From the NCBI GenBank assembly GCA_030248215.1, contig JASANG010000627.1, positions 62,001 through 126,000 of the forward strand: a stretch of DNA of 64,000 bases, read 5' to 3'. The notes under the pieces were generated by a model. It made no database searches. It saw only the letters and a program-made list of their open reading frames with translations, and was not told where the DNA came from. A program made the position numbers and the translations under genes. Below, one piece after another: positions 40,801 through 55,800 of this stretch. This stretch comes from Enoplolaimus lenunculus (Eukaryota). Numbering within the stretch: the stretch's first letter is position 1; each line of letters begins with the position of its first letter.

Positions 40801-43800
40801 CATACATATATATATCTACCTGCTGTGTTGTTTTCTTTTAATCTTGTACATTTTCAAAAAACTTAAAATGTTTTTTGTACATTTTCCCATTTTACCGCAT
40901 TGGTTCATCTGCAATGAACGCTGCAAAATGACATACCCACCACCAATTGAGGTTTTACGAACAACTTTGTTGCTAATTATAGTAAGGTGACTATTTTGAA
41001 CCGTAAGCAGGAGTTGTTTTGACGTTTTTACAACAAAATTTATTGATGTCAATAATTTAAACGCTATCGAACTTCTGAGGCCACATTTTGTAGTATGGCA
41101 GTATAACTTATCGTGGCAGTTGTACACTTTCGGTCTTACAAGTTTATGCCTAAATCTAAGCCTAATCCTCTACACCAAGCTATACGGATAAATCAGAAAA
41201 CTGCCTAAACTGTGACAGAAAGTTAGATTCAGCATCAAATTTTAAAATTCTAAAATTGCTGGCTAAGGCGCAAATCAAATCGATAAATAACAAATTCTGC
41301 TTTATATTTGAGGATCCCTAGTATCCGCTTTACTACCTGGACTGTGTCTTCGCAATCAGTTCCCCCCTCCGGACGCACTTGGAATAAACATAAGTTTATA
41401 GCATATAGCCAGAGCTTGTTGATATAATAATTGTGCTCCGGGAATAATTGAACCGAATTGGTCATACGATCATATCGGTTCAATTATTCCACAGAAAAAA
41501 ATTTAAAACAAATGTCGCGGTTTAATTCTTGTGAAGTTGGATTTTCACTAAAAAATTATACGCTGGACGGCGAACGCAATCCGGTCATAACAGGTACAGT
41601 TTTCAAGGTGTACAATTCTAGTAAATTTTTGATATTTCATTTTTATCCGTTGTATTATTTTTCTTTTTAGAATCGAAAATTTTAATTCTATTTTTACTGC
41701 ATCACTTCCTTTTAACACAATTGTTGCGTTCTGCGAAATTTAATATAGCTTAATATTCTTCAAATATCAACTGATGACCATAAAAATCGTTTCGTAGCTT
41801 ACAGGAAGCTGTTGTCAGCGACTAAAACTGATTGATAATTTTTGGTTTTCTGGCTTGATTTTCAACCGAATTTCAGTCTGATCTATAAGGATATTTGAAT
41901 TTGAATTTGACAAATATTTTTGAAACAAATTGTGCTATATCCAATTAAAATTTGCGCACTATAAATTAACATAAATTCGGCATCTCTAGTTGAAAACAAA
42001 ACTATAACAATAACAAAAATTCAATGGTGGTATGCCTCACAGATATTTAAAGGAATTTAAGTTTTGATACGAATTAATTAATGTGGGAGGGCAGAAGAAA
42101 TAGATTTTCAATTGCCTGAACATATCTCAATTTGTGTGTTGTGCGCGAATTTTTTTTACTTTATTGACAATCTATGTAGGTGCCATTGCGAAATACCAAA
42201 AACAACAGGTATTTCGTATTATTCAATTTTAAATATGTTTTTGTTCTCAAAGTTTCCAACGGTTTCTTTAACTCAGTTCATGTTGAAAACAAAAATTTGT
42301 TGAATTTTACGGCAAATTTAAAAGTCATGGTCTTGATTGTATTAAGTTTTGATGCGGGCATACTTCAAAGTCATCAAAACTTGAATTTCTCGTCCGTGCG
42401 AGCTAGCTCGCCAAACACCGTTGCATTAGACTTCGTACGCTAATTATAACTGCCTACCCAGAACCACTAAGCATGAGCCTCCTGAACCCTAACCATAAGC
42501 TAATGAGAGTAAAGTCCTAACCCTAAGCTTCCCACTTCACTTAGTCTTCTCTTGTCAATGTTGTCCAACAGGCAGGTTCCTACAAAATACACTCATTAGG
42601 TTACTCCTTTCCGAAGTGAAATCTTGGTTACACTACTGATCGTTATTGCCATCGCCGAAGCAGCCACCCCTATACCACCAATTTGGGGAGCCCACCCCAC
42701 TGAGGGGCACACACTCTAACAAGATTTTAAACAAAAAATTTGAAAAATATTTTGATCATCAAAAAGGGCACCCACCCCGGACTTTTGAAAGTGAGGGGCA
42801 TACCCTAGCCTGCCACTGCTGTGGTTACTGTCGAAGTTTTTAGTTTCAAAACAACTATCTGTCAACCTAAAACAGCACCGAAGTGTATGATATTGAGATG
42901 ATATCGCTTAAGCTAATTTTATTATTTCGTTTAATTATGGTTATTCTGTAACAAGCGAGGTTTCGAGGTCATTGTCTATCTTATAAAGATATATAGCTTT
43001 TAAAAAATTGTTTATTTATTCAATGTCCTATGACCAGATCTGAACCAAGAGAGAAGACCAGGCGACAGCGGCCTCCATTCAATTTTTTCATCAAATCTAT
43101 ACATTATTAATTAATTGTTCACAATTTGTCAACGCTATTTTAAGGACCAATAGTTCAGTTAGTTTTCGAATCCGGCCCCCACCAATTCCAACTTTCTAGG
43201 TACGCTACTGGTAACTGTACTGTAATATATCCGTGGACTGCGTTTCATTTTGGCACCGGTAATCCAACGGCAGGTATAACCACCAAAAAATAGCTACGAT
43301 GTTTGTGGTTGAATGTTTTTGTTTTGAAATATAATAATATACTCATAAGTCTTATTGAAGAGATTTTTTCTAACCTGGGTTTTGTCATCTATTAATTATA
43401 GTTGATTACTTAGAAAAAATTTCAAAGTCCCAGCGGAAGGGAACTCAGGTCCTCAAAAACAGGTGTATTTTGTGAAAATGGACGTGGAAATACTACGCAT
43501 ATTTGACGCTCTCATGATCTTCTTATGATAATTCAGTCATAGTATGGAATATACCATTTCTGCGCTTTTATATTATTTAAAGTATTAGCTAATCTGGCTA
43601 ATTAAAAGGATAAAAGCTGGAATGATTTAAAATGTCTATTTGTGTAAATAGAAGCGGTTTTGCTATCCTATCAAACAAATGTATTAATTCATTATGAACC
43701 AAGACTTTCGGTCGGAAATTTTTCTTTTATCTATGGTGTGCTCTAACATAGAGATGCATGCATGAAAGTGACGTAGACGTTTCGAAATTAATTAGCAAAG

Positions 43801-46800
43801 TTGACGCTCATTCGCATTTCTATTTTGGTACACCAAACAAATTTTTAATGTCATATTTGTGAAAAAATTTTACGATAAATATTTTTTCCGCGATTTTGAG
43901 GTGTTTACCATCTGCACTTGGCCTTGACGCTTGAATACGACGGGCTATCTATTATTGCAACAGCATTGTTTAATGTTACCAAGAGTGCAACCATCGGGCG
44001 TTGCGTTTTTGTCGGACCCCCTTATTTCCTTATTTAGAGGGTGTGAGGTCGCTGTCACATACAATAGACCTAAATTAAACTATGAACGGAGCAATTTTGA
44101 TGTCGGATACATAAAGTGTAATGATTTGCATAGCTTGTTCCAACAAAATAAAGAGGTAGCCCAGAAACGCATCGCGTGCCGGGTACATTTTTTCTGCACA
44201 GAATGTACCCAGTTGCATTCTCTTGTTCTCTTGTTAAAGTATTCATCATCCACTCGTGATATTATGTAGCAGAAATATAGTAACCTTCAAGTCATTATAC
44301 GATCCCTATTTTTAACTTCTATTTCCTATCAATTCGTGTGATATCTTGCGGTTTTAATTACCACCTCCGTCTGTCTATGAAACAAACGATAGCATTTCCG
44401 GCTGACTACATACGGCAGCTAAAACCAACAAAAAACAACACAACGCTTCATAAGGACAAAAATATGATTCAAAATAAAAACACCACACGTAAATGTGTTT
44501 AAAACACTGCGAAAACTCAATTTTACCATTGCCGGGTAGATCTTAGCCCACACAACCTGGCTTATCTGAATATATATTAGTTGTCAGCCGGCAATTTATC
44601 ATTAATGCTATTGTATTTTAAAAATGCTGAATTCGAGGTGTTACGTTTCTTCTTGTGATTATATGTTTGTTTATCCGCTGTTTGTCCTCTTGTTTGTTTG
44701 TTTGTTTATTTGTTAGTTTTGTTTGTTTCACTGATTCTTTGTTTGACTGTTTGTCTGTCTCTTTGCTATTTTGTTTGCTTGCTTGTTTGATTGCTTGCTT
44801 CCTTGTTTGTTTGCTGACTTGCTTAATTTGTTTCCGTTTTCTCTTTCTTTCTTAGGCTGTTTGTTTTAGATAACAAAATCTACAATTGTCTGAAGGCAGA
44901 CAGCATTCAATTAAATTTGATAAATTTTTACTGTTTTCCTATTTTTAATTTAAAATGAAATTAAACCACTATGTAATATATATTATATATTTATACATAA
45001 CTATATCTATATACGTATAATTCAGTGCTAGAAAGCGTAGAAAGTTTATCCTTAACATATATTGTTTGCTTTGTTGTTTTGTTATTGCTTTCGTTCTTCA
45101 CTTAGCACCTATCACTAGTTAGCGAACAAGTTTTTACACTGACGAACACGCATACAGCTTGGCATAATTAGCGTACTCATTGTTCATATTAAATTACTGG
45201 AAATATGTTAAATTTCGACGCTCATCATTCGCTAATTCCAAAGATACAAGATCTATCATTCAACCAAACTCACAAATTGAACGATGTGCTCAGTTTCGAT
45301 CAACTCTTAATCCCTATTCACTCGTGCACGTTTATGCTGCGAGAACTTGCTGTTACAAATTGCACACAGAACTTGCAGTTTTTCTTCAGCCAATGAGAAA
45401 GCGGCTGCGATAAATTCAGTGAACTTGCATGGTTATTCACACATGTGTACTGAATTCCTAACCATGATTTTTATTGAAGTATTTGCAGCTGCAAGGTTTT
45501 CGAATGGGATTTTGGACAAAACTTGCAAGTTGCAGCTGCGAGTTCTCACCGCAAAACTTGCACGTGTGAATAGAGCTTTACAATTTGTTGATTCAAATGT
45601 TACAAGACCTATTGTCAACTTGTAATACGTCTAACACACATTTGAGAATACGAGTATAGGAATTATGACACTCTGATTTATAGCTGTTGCCGCGCGTGCA
45701 AATTCAAAAGAATAACTTCAACTATTTGGCTGTCTAATTCCTGAGAAAATTGATTTTGCGAATAATTTCATTTCAAACATCATATGTTTTTTCATTTTGT
45801 GGCTTACCGAGAAATTTGTATTGAGGACGGCCGGCACCCCGAAAAACGACTGAAATATTGGTTCTTAAAATAAAATTGTAAACCGCTAACGACAGCACAA
45901 TAAAGCGCTATCTCTACCAGATAGATATGAATCAGGATCAGGGACGGCACTAGCGGCTCCCACCTCGCTCATGGTTTGATACTGGTTTTAACCAGGGGCG
46001 TAGACAAGATTTCATTTCGGAAAAACCTCGTGTCTAAAGGTTTTTTCAAACGAGCGTATCGAGCAAGAAAATTTATTCTACCTTTACGAATTATTCTACA
46101 GCCTGCAAAAGTGTCTTTTTTGAGTCTCCAGAAATCTTGTGAACTATATCCTCGTGTTCCCTTGTATACGAGAACGGTTTCAACGGGGAATTCGCTCACT
46201 ATTGATTACATAATCTTGTTAATCCACAAAAAATAACAGAGTTGACAGGTGTCATAGACACATTTCACAGCAAAAATTTACTATTTTTTCGTTTCAATCA
46301 GACACATAGGATTGCGATAGTTGTTTTAATTGTTGTTTATAATTCAACAAATTCCCATTTCAGTGAAATGAACGTTATGAAACGAAGCATTCACTCCGGC
46401 GTATAAGGAATGATTATAGTAGATGGGGCAACAAGGCTTATAGAGCGGAAAGCAAAAGTTTCCAGAGAAAATTCCATTTAATTCCGTGTCACGCGTTCAA
46501 ATCAAGCAAGTGAATGAGGAGACTACGCAGTTGTTTTAGCAGTTGTTTGTCAGTGGCAGATCCAGTGTTTTCTGGCGGTGGGTGGCAATTTGCAACTGAA
46601 GAGTGGAAAAGAAGCTTGCGAGGGTGGAGCCGATGGCACTGGACCATTTCTCCCCCGAACGATTTTCTCTTTCGGAGAAGTCAACTTAGGACAATTATTC
46701 CCACCAAAATTATTCAGGACAATTTCTCGCTCCGTCTAAGGACGAATACTCCTTAGTATGAAATCCTTGTTCAAAATTATTTAATTTCACCACAGTTTTT

Positions 46801-49800
46801 CTCCGCTTCAAATACTCGTATTTCGTTCGAAATCCCGGTTGTGTACAGGTATGAAGAGCCTGATGCACAACCAAGATCGTTCAGAAAAGTTAATGCGTGG
46901 AAGAGAATAATAATAGTGTGCGAAACAAAGCGAGGAACGGTCATGACCGAAAGTAGTCTTGAACGTTGATGAATAAATGTTCGTCCTTGCGTCGAAGAGA
47001 GATTGTCCTAAGACAATTTCTGCGGGGTTAGGAATTATCCTATAGGACAATTCTTCCGGATGAGAAGGAATTGTTGAGACGGAATGAATCGTTCTGCGAT
47101 ACCGGCTCAAATATGCTTAGTTGCGTCACAAATATGGTGTACACGGATAGTGAGATCTTGGTGAAACCAGGAGCGAATTTATTTAGCAAAGTGGGAAACA
47201 TTGCGCCCTAACTATATACAGTAGTTTGTAGCATGATTAGATTCTCTGAACTAAACACATAATTAATGTTTCAATATCACTCAAGGGTACGAAGTGGCGT
47301 GGCAAGTGATGGAGGGGCTGCCCCATAATCCATCTGAAAATCAGTAAACTTTGACATTACGTCAGATCAACACATCACAATTATCATCACGCTACGACAC
47401 TAGCTGACCCTGCCTTTAACCAAAACTAGAAAAAATTACAGAGTTGGAGCTTATTTATATGAAATTTTATATTACTATCAACGGATAATGTATAGATGAG
47501 GGCCGTAACAGTGGATAAACTTATTCCTAAATCTAAACCAAAGCTGAAAAAATGAACCTATAATTCAAGCAGGAACTGAAGTTGAAATGGTCCGGCCCAC
47601 ATCGTTACATGTGCCCTATTAATCCACATGAGCTACACCAACATACGGCACTTTATATGATGTTGGTTCGTTGTGTATTTTGGATTAAATATGCTACTGA
47701 CAAATATGTAAAGCGTTTAAAATGCAAAACCAAATCAAAATTTAAAAAATTCAAACGAATAAACCGACAATCAGCTAAATTAACGGCACTTTTTGCTCTG
47801 TAGGCTTTAAATGAACGCTGCGTTTACCGTCGAATAATGCATAAACTGGATTCTGAATTCAAAATTAGTTTTCGAATTTTACTATTGAAATTTTTTACCC
47901 TCGACATAAACCGCCATATTTTCAAATATTAAACAACTTTAAATAGTTACATGAATTTGAATTTTGTTCAGTATGGAACATGGCCAAAACCACCAACGCT
48001 TTGGTTGATCTTACATTTACATTAAAAATAAGAAATTCTGTATTGAAATTTGTATAAAAGTTTGAAATTTTGTTGAAAAGGTACGTATAATCAGTTAAAT
48101 TTCAAATATTCAACTTCTGAAAGGTTTAACGAGAAATCCATTTGAATTTTTTTGGTTAGATATCTGTACTAAAACAGGTTCATTGTCTGCTTGATTTGGC
48201 AGATATTGCAAGTTATGAAGCTATTTTGGTAGTAGATAGCTAGTCAAAGTTGACGCAATATTTGCAATCATCAAAAGTTACCTGACGTACGAAAGTTATT
48301 GTGGTAATTGCATTAAATTGAATCAAAAAAATGCGTATTGCAACAGTATTTACGCTTTTAGAGTGTCTAACAATGAATTGGTCTAATTTATTTAGAGTCT
48401 TAAACTTTCGGTGAATTTTTCAACGTGAATCCTCCTCCTAAGCGTTCCGTGGCCCCGTCAAAAGGCGGTCTATGAGAGAAATGCTAGCTTCGGCACTGAG
48501 TACCGGTAAGGCATTCATAACGTAATGATATTTAAAGTAGATTATAAAAATACCGAATCAAACAAGCAATTTCACTTCCTCACGCTTTTGAATTAAGACT
48601 ACTAAAATTGAATATTTTAATACTATGCCCCATCTCTTATTCGGGTCTCTACAGCTACAAAATAAGATTTACGTAACATTTTGAAAAAGAAGAGTTATGT
48701 AACATTTTGGGGACTGAGCAATATAATATCGCACGCAACGCAGGGTAACATGCGTGACTGTAAAATAAAATTATTAGTGAAGGAATGTACGTAATATCGT
48801 ATTAAAACGATCAAAATAATTCGAGTTCAATTTCCGAAATACCATTCGTGTTTTAATTTTATAATCACAGAGCGTTTATTTAATTCCCCGAACTTGCATT
48901 ATTTGCAGCAAACACTGAATTCAAATAAAAGCTAACAGCGCCCGTCACAAGGTTTATCAAACCCGAAAACGGACCAGAAGTAAAGGTATGCTCCGTCAGT
49001 CTGTGGTATGTAGGAAAACTCTGGACTTCCTGGGTAAGTTTCGGCTTCGCTTGAATATACTGCGGATTCCGTCGTTAAATTCCGCCCGAAACGTGGATAT
49101 GTTCGGCTGGCTACGGGCCTAGCTCGGCAATGTGACATGCGGATGCATATAGACAAATAATAACCTCATGCTGATGCTGCACATCGGTAAAAATCACTGC
49201 TGCATATGTAGTGCCTTCATATGCAACAGCAATAAAACATAGAAGAACCAAGATACATATGTATAATGTTGAGCTTCTTATAAGACATAAAAACAGAAAA
49301 ACTCAGCAGTTGATTGTGAGGTGGCGTGGCTCAGTGGATAGCGCGCTGCACTGATAATCTGTCGCCCGAGTTCGAAACCTCCTGGAGGCGTCCCCCATTT
49401 TCAGCTGCTGAGAACTCAGAACTAAAAACTGTCGTACCGTAGCCTACCCAACTTATCACAGGCTATTTTTGCTCTGATTGAAGTTCAAAGATTTTGAGTA
49501 GTTTAATTTGCACATGTTTAAGATTAGGCTTTGGTTTAAACATATTCCTAAACCTAATTTGAGATGTTTTTAAGGGTACGACTAACCGCATTATAACGCT
49601 ATAGTATAACTGCAAACATATGAATGCATCTAAAACATTTAACGTGCGCCAACGAAGCGATATTTTTACTACACTTAAGTTCATAAAAAATTGCAAAACC
49701 TATCTCAATTCATACTGTTAATATAAGCACAACAGTGACCCATTCCTTTACACAGTTTTCATGAAAAAATTGCAAAACCTATCTCGATTCATACTGTTAA

Positions 49801-52800
49801 TATAAGCACAACAGTGACCCATTCCTTTACACAGTTTTCATGAAAAAATTGCAAAACCTATCTCGATTCATACTGTTAATATAAGCACAACAGTGACCCA
49901 TTCGTTTACACAGTTTTCATGAAAAAATTGCAAAACCTATCTCGATTCATACTGTTAATATAAGCACAACAGTGACCCATTCCTTTACACAGTTTTCATG
50001 AAAAAATTGCAAAACCTATCTCGATTCATACTGTTAATATAAGCACAACAGTGACCCATTCCTTTACACAGTTTTCATGAAAAAATTGCAAAACCTATCT
50101 CGATTCATACTGTTAATATAAGCACAACAGTGACCCATTCCTTTACACAGTTTTCATGAAAAAATTGCAAAACCTATCTCGATTCATACTGTTAATATAA
50201 GCACAACAGTGACCCATTCCTTTACACAGTTTTCATGAAAAAATTGCAAAACCTATCTCGATTCATACTGTTAATATAAGCACAACAGTGACCGGTTCGT
50301 TTACACAGTTTTTCCATGTATTAAAAGTGTCGGTTTCTGAAAAGAAATTTTTTAAGCCAGTTAATTGCGTAACAATTGCGATATCGAATGATTTATTACT
50401 TTAAGTTTTAAAAAATAATATTTGAGCTGCGGTTCTAAATTAGAACACTTTTTCACCAATAAAATGTGTCAACGTTTTACTGCTTGTGCTTAACTTAGAC
50501 ACTGTATTGTCAAATGTATGTTGTAGGTATCTATTAGAGTTGCGCGTGACTCGCGAGTACATGCGAGTCGGGTAAAGGCGTTTAAGCGTGGGTAAAGTAA
50601 TATTGCGCAGGTATACCCGTGGTTAAAAAAATAAAATTTACGCGGGTAAAGAGCGGTCTGATGTAAAGAAATCGTTACTCACTTACATCTCTGGCACCTA
50701 CAGAGTTGGTAGGGTTGTTGAAACAAACAGCTGCTGTAGCTTCAAATTTGAAATTTCTAAAAACATAACTACCTCTTAATAGAATCTAAGGTGTTTAAAA
50801 GAAATTTATTATTTTAAACAAATCGACATGATTGTAAACTAATATTGAGAGAACGGTAGTCAAAATCTTCTAGACCATGAACCTGGCAGTGATAAATATT
50901 TGGTAAACCAACCGGAGACTCGGTCTGTTTATTTAACGATAATTTTGTAGAACATTTTCGTTGCGCAGCAGCAGCGTGGGCGCTCAGAAATTCCCATGAA
51001 ATGTTCTGTGTTCCTTTCAGTTTTCAATTTAAGCATTTTATGCTTATATAACACACATATATATATATTCAAATATATTATTTATATATGAGACATAATG
51101 ACTGCCCGTATTGGTACTGTCGGAAGATTCTGCCCAGCTATGAATCCTGCTAAAATTAACTATTTCATTACGGAAGTCGGCCCAAAAATGTTATTTCATT
51201 TTCAGCAGTGGTTTGTGGCCTGGGCCAGCTACAGAAATTTGAACTTTCCCAATGTACGCATAATGACACTGCAAAATGTACGTAATTTGAAGTACTATTA
51301 TTACAGTATATACAATAGATATTGGACTTTGATAAAAAATTTTAAGTTAAGCAGTTCCATATTAGCCGTTCACACAAATTTTGCTGCAGATGCGATGGAG
51401 GGCTTAAAATTAATGACGTACGGATTACCGATCCACACCTTGATAATAATTAAATTAGCTCGTAGGACTTATCACATACAAAACTCAACGTTTTTACCGG
51501 CAACCGTTAAATATCAACCTGACCCCAAATTTTGACAACAGCTACAATTTCAAACACAAAATTTTTTCAATATTTCATTTTCTTAAAGAAATTAAGCAAC
51601 ATCAGCAGTTATTGCTGATCGCTGTAGCTGCAGGCGGAAAATGAACGTTCAGTTTTTTTTCATTTCATCCACACAAGGAACTATAAAATTGAATTTCAGT
51701 TTGAAGTTTTGGCTATCGTAATTAATAGAGTTGTATACGCCACCGCATGCAGGGTGTAAGTTATGAATGAACTAGTGTTCCTGATTTAAGCGTTTAAACG
51801 ATTTAGAAAATACCATTGGTTTTAACTTTTAGTTATCTGAATTAACGAATAATACTGTATACTCTACCGTAACTAGTCTGTAAAGTTATGAATGAACCAC
51901 GGTACCAACTTGCCAGAACAGGAACCGGAATTTGAAATAATTTTTATCACCGAATTACTGTTGGACTTTTCAGAAAAGTTTACCAAAAAATGGTTTAAGC
52001 AAATTTTGAGCTATTTCACAATCAAGTTTTGCGAAAACACATCAGAAACAGTTTATTAACAAGATTGAACTAATTGCAAAAACACTTATTTCGAAACAAA
52101 CAATTTTTCAAGGACAGAGTTTCGAATATTTAAATGATTATGAATAATTTGATACAAAACCGAACAAATTCCGGTTCCTGCATCTTTAAATGAGTTGCTA
52201 TTTACAAGGGTAACCATTTAGCAAATTTGCAACGCTTAATTTTGCGGCGTACTAAAGCTGCAATAGTAATTTGTATAAATAACACGAAATGAAAACCAAA
52301 TTAGTCAAGTATACGATACCAAAATAAACTAGACAACTACATAAAACTATTTTGTTAGCCTAAACTTATAGACGCGTAAATCAGAATGACGAGACAAAGC
52401 TTGCCAATTTTTAAATGATTATTAGTTTACTGTCAATATTACACCCCAACAATCTGGCGCTAGAGTTGAAGTGACAGTGTTCAAATAAGAAACGTTCGAC
52501 TCAGCAATACTTGCCGTTTAATTAACAGTAGTTGTAAAGTAAAATTTTTTCCAAATAGTTTTAAAAATCCACTTCTTCCTTACCATTTTATAGCTATCAT
52601 TACTCGCTTCTACAGCAATCTAACAATACGCAATTGTTATATTTTAGCTAAAATTACTTTGCTACCTTAAATGTAAACGCCATAACAAATTGTAATTCGT
52701 TAAACAATTTGTTTCAAATGAGCCAAAATTCAACAACTGCATTTAACTCAACTTCAACCACAACAAATTCAACTGAACCGTTCGAAAAGTTGATTTGTGA

Positions 52801-55800
52801 TGCCAACTGTCGCTTTTACTTGTATCCAACGATAATTGGGATCTGGTCTGTAGCATTAATCACCAATTTAATTATTCTAATCAGTTGTTTATGGTTAAAA
52901 CGTGGTTCGTCAATGAATTTAATGTTTTGTATTAGTTTAGTCGCTGCCGATACGTGGGCGTCACTTGTAAACATATATGTTTTATGTTATACGTTTTATA
53001 TTGGATTCGTACAACATGGTGCCACATCAGCCGCTACAGGATGTATTATATTAACAGCATCTGCGTTAATGTGGTCGTCTAGCCTAACTTGCGTTGTTCA
53101 TTTACTAGCGATCGCTCTTAATCATTTATTTGGTACCGTATACCCGCTGAGGCATAAATTCTATGCGACTGCAAAAATTGCTAAAATGCTTATTACAGTG
53201 ATGTGGCTCGTTCCGCTAACAACTTATATGCTTGTGATTGGCGTTCAACCGGAAAAAGGCTACAGGGGTGGCGTGATACGATCATACTATCCTGAGAAAC
53301 CATATGAAATGGTAGAATTTTCAACGAATATTAGCTTCGAGTTGAATTCAACTCAACGATCAGAAGATATTGTAATTAATACAACAAGCGTGATCCACTA
53401 TATGGAAATCGGCTGTCCCTTTGAAGATCATATGTATTTCGAGTTTCGTCTCGGGCAAACGATTCCGTTTTGTAGCGCATTTATTGCCACTGTTATTGCG
53501 TACGCGTATATTATGTTCAAAATTGAATCAAGAACCTTAGCGCTTGCCGGAACTGCCCGACCAGCGCGAACCGTTGCTCCAGAAACAGAACTAGCCACAT
53601 CGCGTGATTTGCTATCATCTATGGTTGTACAAAATCGTCGATATGCGTCGTTTTGGCCCGCGGACTCACGACGCCGAGAATCAAACATGGTCCCATTGCT
53701 CGGGAGCCGGTCTGGTTCCCGAAAATCTACCGGTCACCCGTCATCTCTAAGAAGTCCTGCAACCACAGCAACTAATCTAACCGTGTTATCAACTCCTCAA
53801 AAATCTGTCACCCCTCTGCAGGCTCGTTCCGCTCGACGAGCGTCTGAACTCTGTAAATCGATCACTGACCGAAATTTCATTCGCACAGCTCGAAAACGTT
53901 CAGTGACATTCGCAGCAGTTCGACCGACTCAAAGTCAACTCGACAAAAGTTTAGGTCCAATAACCAATCGAGACTCCAAATCCAACAACAGAAGCGATGA
54001 ATTGTTTGCGAATCAAACAGTTGACCCCTCAAACACATCAAATGAAATCAATAAATTTCATAACGTCAGCATCGATGATTTTCAAACTTCTCTCTTGTGT
54101 AACTGCACCAAAAGTAACCAGATAGCCAAAAGTGAGTTACTGCCTATACTATCAAAACCACCCATATCCAAGCCATTCAGTAAACAACATTCCTGTGATT
54201 CAAATAATTTTTCGAAAATAGCACCTCAAGTTTTAACCGATCTCAACAATGGTTTAAACTTAACAGCCAATACAAATCCATGTTCAGATTTAACAGCCAA
54301 TAAAAAACTTTGCTTGAAGTCAAAAGCCAGTAAAAATACATCTTTCGATTCAGCAGTAAATAAAAATTTGTGTTTAAATTCAACATCGAATAAAAACTCG
54401 GGTTCAAACATAGCAGCCAATAAAAACTCGTGTTCAAATTTGACAACCAATAAAAACTCGTCTTCAAATTTAACAACCAATAAAAACTCGTGTTCAATTT
54501 CAACAACCAATACAAACTCGTGTTCAAATTCAACAACCAACCAAAACATGGCTAAGTCATCACTTGATAGTTTTCCAGTATATAAACAGCTCAAACAGTT
54601 TCGCAACTATTTACATTCAACCAATAGCAGCCCAGCTTTGATTAGTGCTCAAACCCAACCAGCGAATCGTCAATCGTTTGAACTCCATGACAAACAATGG
54701 CCGGTCAAAAAGAGAGCAGCGGAATTGAATAACACACTCGAACGAAACGGGTATTCGGTCGCTCAAGATTCAAAAATCACGAAAGATGACGCTGAAGATA
54801 CCGATGAAATGAACAGAAATTGTGAAATTCAAACCCACTCAGCAACACAACATTCGAGCGGACAGCTCCCGTTTCAGAAATCGCCCAGTCAAACGTTTGC
54901 CGACGAAATTTCAGACTCCGATTCTGACCCAATAGAATTTGAAATTGGCGTTAATCAAACTGGGGCAAATAGCAACTATCCGCCAAGCAAAGGATGCGAC
55001 TCTAACCATCGAGCCCTAAGCGTTGAAACAGACAAACTGGTCGTTCGTCAGCCAGCACACCGTACCAGCTCCTCATCTTTACCTAGCAAATTGATCACTA
55101 TCTCAAATGGCAATAGCCCAGGAGTATCGAAATACTCTGATAATACCACTGGTCCGGGTTCCTTCATCTCAACTACGAACAGCGCGAAATATCGGCAATC
55201 TGAAGGTCGAAACTTTTCCATATTTGCTGGCGGACCAGGTCAAGCTACAAGCACACTGAGGTCACGAAAACACGGCATTACAACAACCTTACTGATAACA
55301 GGGTCATTTGCCCTAGGCTGGCTTCCGATCACAATTTGTAATCAACTAATATGTCATGAAGGCTGTTTGCTACCTATTGTATCCAATCAAAACTTAGCAA
55401 CTCTACTAACAACGTCAACGTACTTATTAATTATTGTTAAGCATATGTTTAACGCTGTTATATACGCGCTGCGGATACCGGAAATCCGACACGCAATGAA
55501 CCGGATGTGGGCCCGGATTTTGACGTTAGCAAGGACAAGACGTGGGGCTGAAGTGGCAGTGCTGTAATTTTGGATGGGAGAGTACGGTCTTCTTACGATC
55601 TCGGAAATTTTAATTGCAAACTTATTTGGTTGTTCTATGATTTGAAGCTTGCGACAGAGAAAGATATAAAATAATATTTTTCCTAGCGAATTAATTTAGG
55701 AAAGTTGTTTCAGCTTTGAAATCATGTTTGCAGAGTTTTGTAGGCTCAATTTCAGAAGGGCATTCGAGGGTTTCTAATGACTTGCAAGCAAGGTTGAAAA

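Noticed and set aside
44350..44365. Spliced-leader-like ggttttaattacc
   Set aside because: Similarity to SL1 stops after ~13 nt, with no AG|GT donor or Sm site following.
49678..50311. CRISPR-like array
   Set aside because: Units are contiguous and near-identical with no unique spacers. There are no cas genes and the context is eukaryotic.
51098..51535. 145-aa ORF upstream of the GPCR
   Set aside because: Composition is typical of AT-rich non-coding DNA, with no motif.
54226..54606. Antisense ORFs inside the GPCR
   Set aside because: By-product of the 30-bp coding repeat.
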